From NCBI RefSeq assembly GCF_030144855.1, contig NC_082730.1:2604001-2668000 (forward strand): a DNA stretch of 64,000 bases, read 5' to 3'. The DNA comes from Hypanus sabinus. Lineage: Eukaryota. This document shows positions 12,656 through 23,239 of the stretch, one piece after another (position 1 is the first letter of the stretch; each line of letters begins with the position of its first letter). The position numbers and the translations under genes are program-made. A model generated the notes under the pieces. It saw nothing but the letters and a program-made list of their open reading frames with translations, did no database searches and was not told the DNA's origin.

Positions 12656-13114
12656 TCTGGAGCTTCCCAGGTTTTGCAACTCAACCCATTGACTACAATT
12701 TTGACCTATCATCAACCTCTCCTTGCAAGTAGTCTGACTCTACATTGCCTCCATTTGTAAACCAACTTCTCCATTCTCAGTGCTATCACTCCAGTTCCCA
12801 TTCCCCTGCCAAATTAGCTTAATTCCCAGACAGAAGGCCTGAACAGATATTAGTCCTCATCCCTTTTGTACATGTCATATCATCTGTAGAAGAGATCCCA
12901 AATAAAACATGAGTTGCCTCTTTACCATTCTGTGATGTGTAGAAGCAATTCCGGTATGGTATGCTCCCACATACTCTACCATTCCTTATCCTTGTCTGCA
13001 AACCTGACGCGCCCTGGTGATGTGTTGTGGCATCTGGCGGGAGATGAGACTCAAAGTGAAGGTCTCTGTGCAGGGACCTGAGGTGGACAGTGTTGCACAA
13101 TGTGGTCAGAATCA

Positions 13115-13350
13115 AATTCATTATTCATTCATTCATTATGTTCTGTGTCATCCAACATGGACGATCATGATCTTGACTATGATTGATCTGGGCAAATTTT
13201 CTACTGAAGGTATTTGCCGTTGCCACCTTCTGGCAGTGCCTTTACAAGATTGGTCACCCAACTATTGTCACTCCAGTTTAGAGATGATCTGCCTTGCATC
13301 AGTGGATCCATAAGCAGGACTTGTGATATGCACCAGCTACTCATACCAAC
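13115..13350 (-). mobile_element. RTE-tailed SINE or RTE LINE 3' end (probable)
   Basis: (GAAT)n tail on the minus strand and a degenerate GGCAACGGCAAATACC motif resembling the conserved RTE/Bov-B 3' tail; recognised by resemblance only. Confidence 0.45.
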
Positions 13351-13570
13351 ATCTGCCACCAAACAGGTTTATCATCACTGACAAATGTTGTGAAGTCTGT
13401 TGCTTAGTGGTAGCGTTATAGTGCAAGGCTGCCATAAAACAACAATGACACTAAATTACCAGTAATAAATCATGACAAAGAGGAATAGCAAGGTTTTGTT
13501 ACTGGGTCCATGGTTCAGATATCTGATGGTGTAGGGGAAGAATCTGTTCCTAAGTTAGAGTGTGGCTGTT

Positions 13571-16500
13571 CATAAAACCATATAAACATATAACAATTAC
13601 AGCATGGAAACTGGCCATCTTGGCCCTTCTAGTCCATGCCAAAAGCTTAGTCTCACCTAGTCCTACCGACCTGCAGTCAGCCCAATACCCTCCATTCCTT
13701 TCCTGTCCATATACCTATACAATTTTTTTTAAATGACCAGATCGAACCTGTCCCTACCACTTCTACTGGAAACTCGTTCCACACAGCTACCACTCTCTGA
13801 GTAAAGAAGTTCTCCCTCGTGTTACCCATAAACTTTTGCCCTATAACTCTCAACTCATGTCATCTTCTTTGAATCTCCCCTACTCTTAATGGAAAAAGCA
13901 TATCCACATCCACTGTGTCTTATCCCCCTCATAACTTCAAATACCTCTATCAAGTCCCCCCTCAACCTTCTACGCTCATAAGAATAAAGACCAAACTTGT
14001 TCAACCTTTCTTTGTAACTTAGGTGCTAAAACCCAGGTAACTAGTAAATCTCTTAGTAAATCTTCTCTGTACTCATCTATTTTGTTGACATCTTTCCTGT
14101 AATTTGTTGACCAGAACTGTACACAATACTCCAAATTTAGCCTCAACAATAACTTGTACAATTTAAACATTACATCCCAACTCCTATACTCAATTCTCCA
14201 ATTTATAAAGGCCAGCATACCAAAAGCTTTCTTCACCATCCTATCCACATGAGATTCCACCTTTAGGGAACTATGCACCGTTATTCCTAGATCACTCGGT
14301 TCTACTGCATTCTTCAATCCCTACCATTTACCATGTATGTCTATTTTGATTAGTCCTACCAAAATGTAGCACCTCACACTTATCAGCATTAAACTCCATC
14401 TGCCATCTTTCAGCTCACTCTTCTAACTGGCTTAAATCTCTCTGCAAGCTTTGAAAACCTACTTCATTATCCACTACACCACCCATCTTAGTATCATCTG
14501 CATACTTACTAATCCAATTTACCACCCCATCATCCAGATCATTAATGTATATGACAAACAACATTGGACCCGGATCCCTGAGGCACACCACTAGTCACTG
14601 GCCTCCAATCTGACAAACAATTATCCACCACTACTCTCTGGCATCTCCCATCCAGCCACTGTTGAATCCATTTTACTATTTCAATATTAATACCTAACAA
14701 TTGAACCTTCCTAACTAACCTTCCATGTGGAACCCTGTCAAAGGCCTTACTGAAGTCCATATAGACAACCTCTTTAAAAAATTCAGTAAGATTTGTCAAA
14801 CATGAACTACCACGCACAAATCCATGTTGACTGTTCCTAATAAGAACCTGTCTATCCAGATAATTATATATACCATCTCTAAGAATGCTTTCCATTAATT
14901 TACCTACTACTGACATCAAACCTACAGGCTGTTAATTGCTAGGTTTACTCTTAGAACCCTTTTTAAACAATGGAACCACATGAACAATAGGCCAATCCTC
15001 CAGCACCATCCCCGCTTCTAATGACATTTGAAATATTTCTGTCAGAGCTGCTGCTATTTCAATACTAACTTCCCTCTAGGTCCTATGGAATATCCTGTCA
15101 GGAATCAGAGATTTATCCACTTTTATACTCTTTAAAAACGCCAGTACTTCCTCTTCTTTAATCATCATAGTTTCCATAACTACCCTACTTGTTTCCCTTT
15201 GCTTACTCAATTCAATATCCTTCTCCTTAGTAAATTCTGAAGAAAAGAAATTGTTCAAAATCTCCACCATCTCTTTTGGCTCCATACATAGCTGTCCACT
15301 CTGATTCTCTAAGGGACCAATTTTATCCCTCACTTTCCTTTTGCTATTAATCTAACTGTAGAAACCCTTTGGAATTATTTTCACCTTAATTGCCAAAGCA
15401 GCCTCATATCTTCTTTTAGCTTTTCTAAATTTTTTCTTAAGATTCTTTTTACATTCATTATATTCCTTGAGTACTTCATTTACTCCATGCTGCCTATATT
15501 TATTGCAGATATCTCTCTTATCCAAAGCAAGGTTCCAATATCCCTTGAAAACCATGGCTCTTTCAAACTTTTAAACTTTCCTTTCAACCTAACAAGAACA
15601 TAAAGATTCTGTACCCCTCAAATTTCACCTTTAAATAACCTCCATTTCTCTATTACATCCTTCCCATAAAACAAATTGTCCCAATCTACTCCTTCTAAAT
15701 CCTTTCGCATCTCCTCAAAGTTAGTCTTTCTGCAATCAAAAATCTCAACCCAGGGTCCAGTCCTATCCTTCTCCATAATTATATTGAAACTAATAGCATT
15801 GTGATCAATGGACTTGAAGTGTTCCCCCACACCTCCCTCCTTCATCTGACCTATCTCATCCCCTAACAGGAGATCCAACACTGCCCCTTCTGTAGTTGGT
15901 ACATCTATGTATTGCTGCAGATCTGTCTATCCTGCACACATCTTACAGTCTCCAAACCATCCAGCCCATTTATAGAATCGGTTTCCCAGTCGATGTGAGG
16001 AAAATTAAAATGTCCCACAATCACAACCTTGTGCTTACTACGAGTATCTGCTATCTCCTTACAAATTTGCCCCTCCAATTCTCGCTCCCCATTAGGTGGT
16101 CTATAATACACCCCTATAAGTGTTACTACACCTTTCCCATTCCTCAGTTCCAACCAAATAGTCTCCCTAGACGAGATCTACAATCTATCCTACCAAAGCA
16201 CCGCTGTAATATTTTCTCTGACAAGCAATGCAACGCCTCCCCCTCTTGCCCCTCCAATTCTATCACACCTGAAGCAATGAAGTCCAGGAACATTTAGTTG
16301 CCAGTTACACCCCTCCTGCAACCATGTTTCACTAATAGCTATAACATCATATTTCGAGGTATCAATCCATGCTCTTAGCTCATCCACCTTTCTTACAATG
16401 CTCCTAACATTAAAATAAATGCATTTAAGAAATTCTCCACCTCTGACTCTCTGTTTATCACTAATGCTGCAAACAACTTTACTATCTTCTTTTTCTTCCT

Positions 16501-16760
16501 TCTCCCCTACCTCTTCAATCTGAGTGCTCCCCTTCTCTATCATCTGCCTATCCTCCCTCACACACTGTCTACAAGCTTTCTCTATTTGCGAACTAACCTC
16601 CTCTGTCCTAGCCTCAATTTGATTCCCACCCCTAACCATTCTAATTTAATGTCTCCCCAGTAGCCTTAGCAAATCTCCCCACCAGGATATTTCTACCCCT
16701 AGGATTCAAGTTCAACTCGTACTTTTTTTACAGGTCACACCTGCCCCAAAGGAGCAGAGA
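13571..16760 (-). mobile_element. CR1 LINE, near-complete decayed ORF2
   Basis: APE (LKCIYFNVRSIVRK, YDVIAISETW), RT (YMDFSKAFDRVPH, GVPQGS) and C-terminal HLEYCVQFWS-like motif; tail AACCATATAACAATTACAG shared with the copies at 24711 and 33778. Confidence 0.9.
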
Positions 16761-16849
16761 GAGTTACTGGTAAGTATTCTAAGACACCGGATTTATGAGT
16801 CCTCTCTCACAGATCGTTAATGCATATCAGTAACAGTTGCCGAACCAGC

Positions 16850-17392
16850 ACCAGCCCCTGTGGCAGACCACTCGCCACTGATTTCCAACCAGATTAACAC
16901 CCATGTATACCAGCTGTCTGTTTTCTATTGGTTCACCAACCCTCTATCCATACTAACACATCACCTTCAAATCTGCATCCTTATCATATTGATAAATCCT
17001 TTATATTGCACCTCAGCGAACACCTTCTGGAAAGCCAAGTAAATAACGCCCAACTGTCCCCCTCGATCCACTGCGCTCGTTATATCCCCAAAGTACTCCA
17101 GTAAGTTTGTCAAACGGGACCTACCTTTCCAGAATCCATGTTGTGTCTGCCTAATGGATCCATTTCTTTCAGACGCTTCGCTCTTTCTTCTTCAATGATA
17201 GCTTCAAGCATTTTCCCAACTACAAATGTTGAATTAACTGGCCTATTGTTTCCTGCCTTTTGCCGATATTCTTGCTTTGAACAGTGGCGCGACATTCACC
17301 GTTTTCCAATCTGCCGGGACCTCCCCAGAGTCCAGAGAATTTTGGTAAATTATCACCAAAGCAGTTATTTCAGTACCCTGGGATGCATTCCA
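16850..17392 (-). mobile_element. Older CR1 RT fragment
   Basis: GNNRPVNSTFVVGKMLEAII...; degenerate RT N-terminal region. Confidence 0.6.
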
Positions 17393-17709
17393 TAAGCGGA
17401 GTTGTCCCACGTTTGCTCAGCACTACTGTTACGAGCCTGTGGACTGTGGCTTTGAGAGAGAGAGCTTAAGTGAGGCGCGACTGACGGACTCGCAGCTTGT
17501 TTTACTTTTAAGCAAGGACACTGACACTCTCAGTCGGAACCATCAGAAGGAGAGTCGGAAAGAGAGAGAGAGAGATGACCTAAACAAGGAAGCTAGTGGC
17601 CGAGGGTCAGTGTTTGGAACCCCAAAAGGTTGGGTTAATCAGCAGCACTGTACACTACGAATGTGTGGCTGACACTCTGTATAATCCGAAGAAGTGGATT
17701 CTGGAATAT

Positions 17710-18518
17710 TCCCCCCACCCCCATCCCTCCCCATCGACCTCCCTCCAGGCATTTATCCCCGCAAACGGAAGAAGTGCTACACCTGCCCCCACACTTCTAC
17801 TTCTTCCCTCACCACCATCCTAGGCCCCAGACAGTCATTTCAGGTGAGGCACCACTTCACCTGCGAGTCAACTTGGGTGATATACTGCATCCGGTGCTCC
17901 CAATGTGGCCATTTATACATTGGGGAGACCCGCCGCAGACTGGGAGACGATTTCGCTGAACACCGGCACTCAGTCCTCCAGCAGTGGTGGGATCTCCCTG
18001 TGGCCACACACTTCAATTCCACAGACCACTCCCACTCCGATATGTCTGTCCATGGCCTCCTCTACCGTCAAGATGAGGCCACACACAGGTTGATGGAGCA
18101 ATACCTTATCTCCCGCCTAGATAGCCTCCTAATGCCAGCATGAACCTTCAACTCACAGACCTCCGTTGATACCCCTGCCCCCCTTACCCCATTCCTATCT
18201 ATAATTTTAGTCTGGTTCTCTTTCTCTCTCTTTCCCCCCTCACTATAATCTCCCCCCAGCCCTACCTTTCTTTCTCTTTTATTTCCCATAATTCTCCACC
18301 TTCCCACAGCCTATCACTTCCCAGCTCTCCACTTTATCCTTCCCTCCACTTCTTATCCCCCCTCGACCATCCCATGTTACTTCACTCCTGATGAAGAGTT
18401 TCGGCCCGAAACGTCGACACTACCTCCTCCCAGAGATAATGTCTGGCCTGCTGAGTTCCGCCAGCATTTTGTGTTTTTATTTATTTCCAGCATTTGCAGA
18501 TTCACTCGTGTTGCCTTT
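17710..18518 (+). mobile_element. Penelope-like element 3' fragment encoding a GIY-YIG endonuclease
   Basis: KCYTCPH...VIYCIRCSQCGHLYIGETRRRL...EH...VATHFN (Cys-rich linker plus GIY-YIG); 14 bp TSD GGATTCTG(G/T)AATAT at 17696-17709 and 18519-18532. Confidence 0.85.
18384..18420 (+). ncRNA. Minimal hammerhead ribozyme motif (degenerate) in the Penelope 3' region
   Basis: CTGATGA-AGAG-TTTCGG-CCC-GAAAC-GTC-GAC: conserved core, short stem II with one mismatch, palindromic ACGT stem III and GUC cleavage triplet. Confidence 0.65.
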
Positions 18519-19254
18519 GGATTCTGTAATATCTTGTGGGATCACTTGATGTTTAATTCTTGCCTGGGTACATTGTGTAATTACCACTAGGAAACGATAT
18601 TCTGTGGCAGATCACTTGGTAACAAACGTATGTGGATTTGGACGGATTCGACAGATAAGATCTCGGTGATCATTTGTGATTATTGACGAAGAACCTGCGG
18701 AGTGCTTCGTGATTAGCATCGCTCTCGTTCCAACGTGGATTACAAATATATTTCTACCTTACTGTGGATTACAGATCTCTCTCCATCATTAATCTCGAGG
18801 ATTACTGAATTTACCTTAGTAATGAGCCATTTTATGACTTTCAACAATTATTCTTAAACTTTTATAGCTACACATATATACACATAACACTGTTAACTTT
18901 TATTTGTTCTATTAAGTTACAATATATTTGAGTAGATACTATTAAATATAGTGGTTTTAACATTGAAAGCGGACTCTGCAATCGCTTGCTGCTGGTTTAT
19001 TTCTAAAATATTACAGTACTTAACACTACGTCTTTAGAGATAGAGCGTGCGGAGTGGGTGTAGCAGCAGGGAACAGGCAGAGAGAGCGATTAAAAAAAGG
19101 CTGTGGACAAAGATAAGGTAACGCAATTTGTCGTAACAGACCGAGAGCGTCGTCCAACTAAATTCCTGCGTTTCGGAAAGGGCTTGGCAGCTGTAACCGG
19201 AAAGCTCCCAACAGTCTCCAAAACAGCACTCAGTGTTTTGAAATTCTCTTCAGG

Positions 19255-19300
19255 ATGGTCTGGTCCCTGCTCTGTGTTGCCGTCTGGATCGCCTGTGTGG
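19255..19300 (+). CDS. Signal-peptide (leader) exon of the Ig-superfamily receptor gene
   Basis: Strong Kozak context caggATGG; encodes MVWSLLCVAVWIACV plus one base; phase-1 donor G|GTAAGG. Joined to 48198 it reads MVWSLLCVAVWIACVAGTGAS-PTTVNG, a complete signal peptide. Confidence 0.75.
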
Positions 19301-19939
19301 GTAAGGTCAGATTGTGGTCACCGGTGGTTATGCGAGAACTGGGGGACTAGGTTGCACAACGGTAAGGGTGTGACTGTGGTCTGAGAAAGGAACTAGTGGT
19401 CTCTCCCTCCCTTCGCCTCTCATTCCACCCACTGTTCCCCATCTCTTCCTCGGCCACCAGCATCCCCCACCCCCCACGCCCCGAGCTCCAACAATCTCAG
19501 TCTCATTTTCTCTCCACCATTTGCAAGGTTTAGTTTCAGTGATCAGCTATACTTGTGGAACAGTGAGTGCGTGAGGTTTTCACTGCAGGCAGAAGACTTT
19601 TCTGCTCATTGTGGCATTCTCTGCCAGACCACCATTAAAAACAAACACAAAGCATCCTCTTCCCCTCCTCATTTTTACTGAGAAGCCTTGGATTTTCTGA
19701 CTCACCCCTCTCTCGTGTTCAGGGAGCTCTGTGTCTCTCTCCATAACCTCAGTCTCTATCCTCCTCTTTCCCTTTCACTCTCTCGTCCTCCATGAGTAAT
19801 CTAATGATGACAGTAATGATTTACAGGTAACTGTTGGGTTGGAGAGAAGTGTTGCAGATGGGGCAAACATTCTGAGAATAATCGTGCTGTGGGTGTCACT
19901 GCCTTTCCTTACTGATTGTGGTCTGCTAGTCAGGAGGTT

Positions 19940-20480
19940 AAAGATCTAGTTGCAAAGGGAGGCAGGCATCTTTACTGGATGTGGAGTCAAATGAGGGAAC
20001 AGGGTGAAGAAGCCCTGTAGAAGGTGCAAGCATTGTTTTTGTGCACAGCAGTGAGGGGGAGAACTCCACCCAGCAGGGAGAAGGAGATGGTTTGTCCTGC
20101 TGGCCAGGGAGGCTGTGGGACTTTGAGGAAACTTGTAGGCGGTAGTGCTTTTCCCACGTGCTTTTTCGATCTCCTGGTATCGTTTTTCCAATGCCTTTTG
20201 TACCCCCATCCTGACTGCTGTTCTGTGGCCTGTACATGTCCCTTCGGGGTCTTGTAACCTTTGAAATTCTTCAACTCCACCCACAAAGGTTCTTCATCTT
20301 CAGATCCTTTTATCACTCTGTTTTATGGGTTCATTTCATTTTTTTTACCAACTCCTTCCTCTGCCCAGCCACCTGTCTTTTTGATGGGATCTATATCGTT
20401 GGATGTTTAGCTCTCAGCTCTGACCCTCTTACAGCCACATCTCCACTGTGTCCACAAGCTCGTACCCACCAGTTTTGATG
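19940..20480 (-). mobile_element. Old CR1 endonuclease fragment
   Basis: EPLWVELKNFKGYKTPKG...YRPQNSSQD (APE region). Confidence 0.7.
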
Positions 20481-21063
20481 ATGGCAATACTTGGAGAGTC
20501 TATTTCTGGAGGGTCATACCATGAGGCTATGCATTTACAACTTATAAGTAATAGGGGATGATCACTTTGACGGATGTACTGTGCTGTAGGTCTCCAGTAA
20601 TCAGCAGGAATTAGAGAAGTTACAAATAGCTGTATGAATAATAGGGTTGTTACAGATCCCTGATGGAGACTGGGACTTCCACAGTACCAGAGTATGGAAT
20701 GGGATGGAATTAGTTTAGTGTGTCCGGTAAGGCCTTCTGAAGAAGTATGTAGATGATCCTCAAGATTCAAAGTAAATTTATTATCTCAGTATGTATATGT
20801 CACCATATACAACCCTGAGATTTGTTTTCTTGCGGGCATACTCAGTAAATCTAAGGAACATAACTGAATCTATGAAAAGATGACACCGAAACGATCAATG
20901 TGCAAAAGACAACAAACTGTGTAAAAATAGAAATAACAATAATAAGTAACGAAGCAATAAGTGTTCAGAACTTGAGATGAAAGGTCCAGGGCTGAAGAAA
21001 CTGGAATCTGATAGGAGAGGAGAGTCGAGCATGGGAGAAAGGGAAGAAGGAAACATGCCAGAC

Positions 21064-21734
21064 AGTCAGAGAAATTTACTGGCGCCGATTAGACTTAAAC
21101 AAAGACACAGACCCCGGTATTCGGTTTAATTTCTTCAGTACGTGATGAAAGAGAGCCCACGAAGAGACTTCGCTAAAGCAAACACAAAGGTGGTCTTTTA
21201 TGACAAAGTATGTGCAGTTCAGCAGTTTTCAAGGGTCAGGAGTTCCTGTTTAGACCTGATTGACATGGTTCAGGATGCGTCCATATATTACACAGAATTA
21301 GACAGAGGATCCCCACATGCACAGTCAATTTCCCATCAAATAGAGGAAACCAAGTCATCAGTCCAATAGCTCTTGGAGGCTGAAGGAACCTCCCCATTAA
21401 TTATAAGAAGCTAAGTTATTAGTCATGTGGACTTGAGGTCTAAGGGTGCCTCCTTACAGACACCATCCCTGCATATCAGTTCTGCATTACCAACAGAACG
21501 TTCTACATCCGAGCTTATCAGTTTTTCATTGCTAACAGAACCTTCCATATCCGTCCATATCAGTTCTGTATTACAAACAGAACTTTCTGCATCCGAGCTT
21601 ATCAGTTCTTAATTCCTAACGGAACGTATTGCTAATTAGTCTGACTAGGCATGCAGATCCCATTTGCTTCTTAACCTGCCCTGATACCCTCATGTTTTTG
21701 TTGATCCTTAACTCTGAGTTAATTTTCTTCCTGA
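21064..21734 (-). repeat. ERV 3' LTR
   Basis: Starts immediately after PPT AAAAAGGAGGGAAC (minus strand, ~21735-21748); contains 42 bp U3 tandem repeats; ATTAAA about 60 nt before the end. Confidence 0.7.
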
Positions 21735-21899
21735 GTTCCCTCCTTTTTGATCGTCAGATCATCTTTATTCCCCCTCACTTTCTGGATAGGGGGCTTCACA
21801 ACGGGGGGGGGGGTCAGAGGCCACTTGTCTAAACAAGCGTCTTCATATTCAGGATCAAAGGGTTACAACTTCACATTTAGACACATCCCTGCCGGGGCT

Positions 21900-23095
21900 G
21901 GGATACCAGGGCACACGGACATTTAAAGATTCCTAACGCCACTACTATCAATAATAGTATACTAGTATTAACCCCATAATGCCCCACGATAATCACCACC
22001 ATTCTAAGAGATTCCCAAAAGGCCACAACCCTCCGGGAGGATAATAGTTCTGAAATTCTTCTCCTACCTTACGTATTTCTTGCCTACTCTTCTGAATATG
22101 GCCCGCCATATGGGTTATGTTCTCGGTCTCACTGGGATACAGGTACAACGTTCATGTCCTATGATAGCACAGGTTCCGCATTTGTCAGCTAGTATGAAGT
22201 CCAGAGACATTCGATTTTGCGGGGCCGCTCTCCTGACGACTGCTCCCTCAGCAGTTAGTGCCTTCATCCGCTGCTGAGTTTCCTCCAGGGACAATGCGGT
22301 CTCGCTGTCTATCTATTCCATGGCTGAGGCCATTCGTGTCAATTCTTGAGCCGCTCTGCCTGCCCCGTACGTAGGAAACAATCAGCCAGAGCCTCTCAGC
22401 CCGGTGATAGCTCTCTTGATCCCGAGGTTGCGATGCAAGTTTAAGGGATTTAGATGCCTCAAAAAGGGAGCCACTTTGGCCAAATAACAGACCGTGCCCA
22501 GTTTCGGGGCAGCCGGGGAAAGACCCGGTAGCCGCAGGCAAAGTAAGTACCGTTATCGGGAATCATATAGAAAATGAGTGCCGTATTTCGAAACAATGAG
22601 TGGCATTTCCACTTCGATTTCGATGGGCCGCATCTCCCTCAGGTGTCCTGATTGTGATCTTGCTGCTAAAGAAGAAGAGGCTACCTCCAAGTGGGTGGCT
22701 GAAGTCAAGGCTTTGTAGACAGTGCCTGATACCAACTGAGATCGGTTTCCCCGACCCCAGGAGGTGGTTACGCTTTACACACAATTCTCCCACAGGGGTC
22801 CCGCTCAATACTCGGAATGGGGGAATGTGGGACACCTTATACCTAGGTTGCTAACATCCCTTAAATTTCTCCGAACTATATCCCTCGTGTGTCCATTCTT
22901 CCTTGTGTTTTGTCATATCTACGCTATAACCCTCTCCTTCCCAGTTATCCCACTCCTTCTCGGAATTGGTCCCGTTCTGTCGGAGGACCCATTCGACAGC
23001 TTTGTCCTCCTCGAGGGGAACATTCCCTTTGCTGTGCTGAGGAATGCGAGAGCATGTCTAGCGAACAGAAGCATTGAAATGCACCGCAACTTCAT
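21900..23095 (-). pseudogene. env: Retroviral env (decayed; frameshifts and stops)
   Basis: Signal-like MKLRCISMLLFARHALA; SU motif NGTYFACGYRVFPRLPRNW..CYL; furin-like IKR|A at ~22412; immunosuppressive domain with degenerate CX6CC, QNRMSLDFILADKCGTCAIIGHERCTCIP (22132-22219). Confidence 0.85.
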
Positions 23096-23239
23096 AACTA
23101 AGATATTAAAAGGTATTATGTAGTGGGGCCTTATTTACATATTAGGAAGTCTGTGCCTGAAAGAGTCCAAGCAATAATATAACAACTATTATTCTTTTGT
23201 GGGTCGCCACTCTGTCCTTCTCCGTGCCCGAGCTTGCAC

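Larger units (their letters stand above)
17427..19025 (+). mobile_element. Solo LTR (about 780 bp net) with internal Penelope insertion
   Basis: TGTTA...TAACA inverted termini; perfect 4 bp TSD CTAC (17423-17426 and 19026-19029); ATTAAA at 18941-18946 suggests + orientation. Confidence 0.8.

Noticed and set aside
12655-13110. Apparently non-repeat segment that might hold downstream exons of the 668-988 gene
   Set aside because: No C2, transmembrane or tyrosine-motif exon with suitable splice sites was found, and there is no similarity to the introns of the main gene.
19792-19826. Alternative leader MSNLMMTVMIY with donor AG|GTAACT
   Set aside because: The donor is phase 2, incompatible with the phase-1 V exons, and the peptide is a poor signal sequence.
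19858-19950. Hydrophobic stretch DGANILRIIVLWVSLPFLTDC in frame with the leader
   Set aside because: The acceptor lacks a pyrimidine tract, there is no good donor, and it runs into CR1 sequence.
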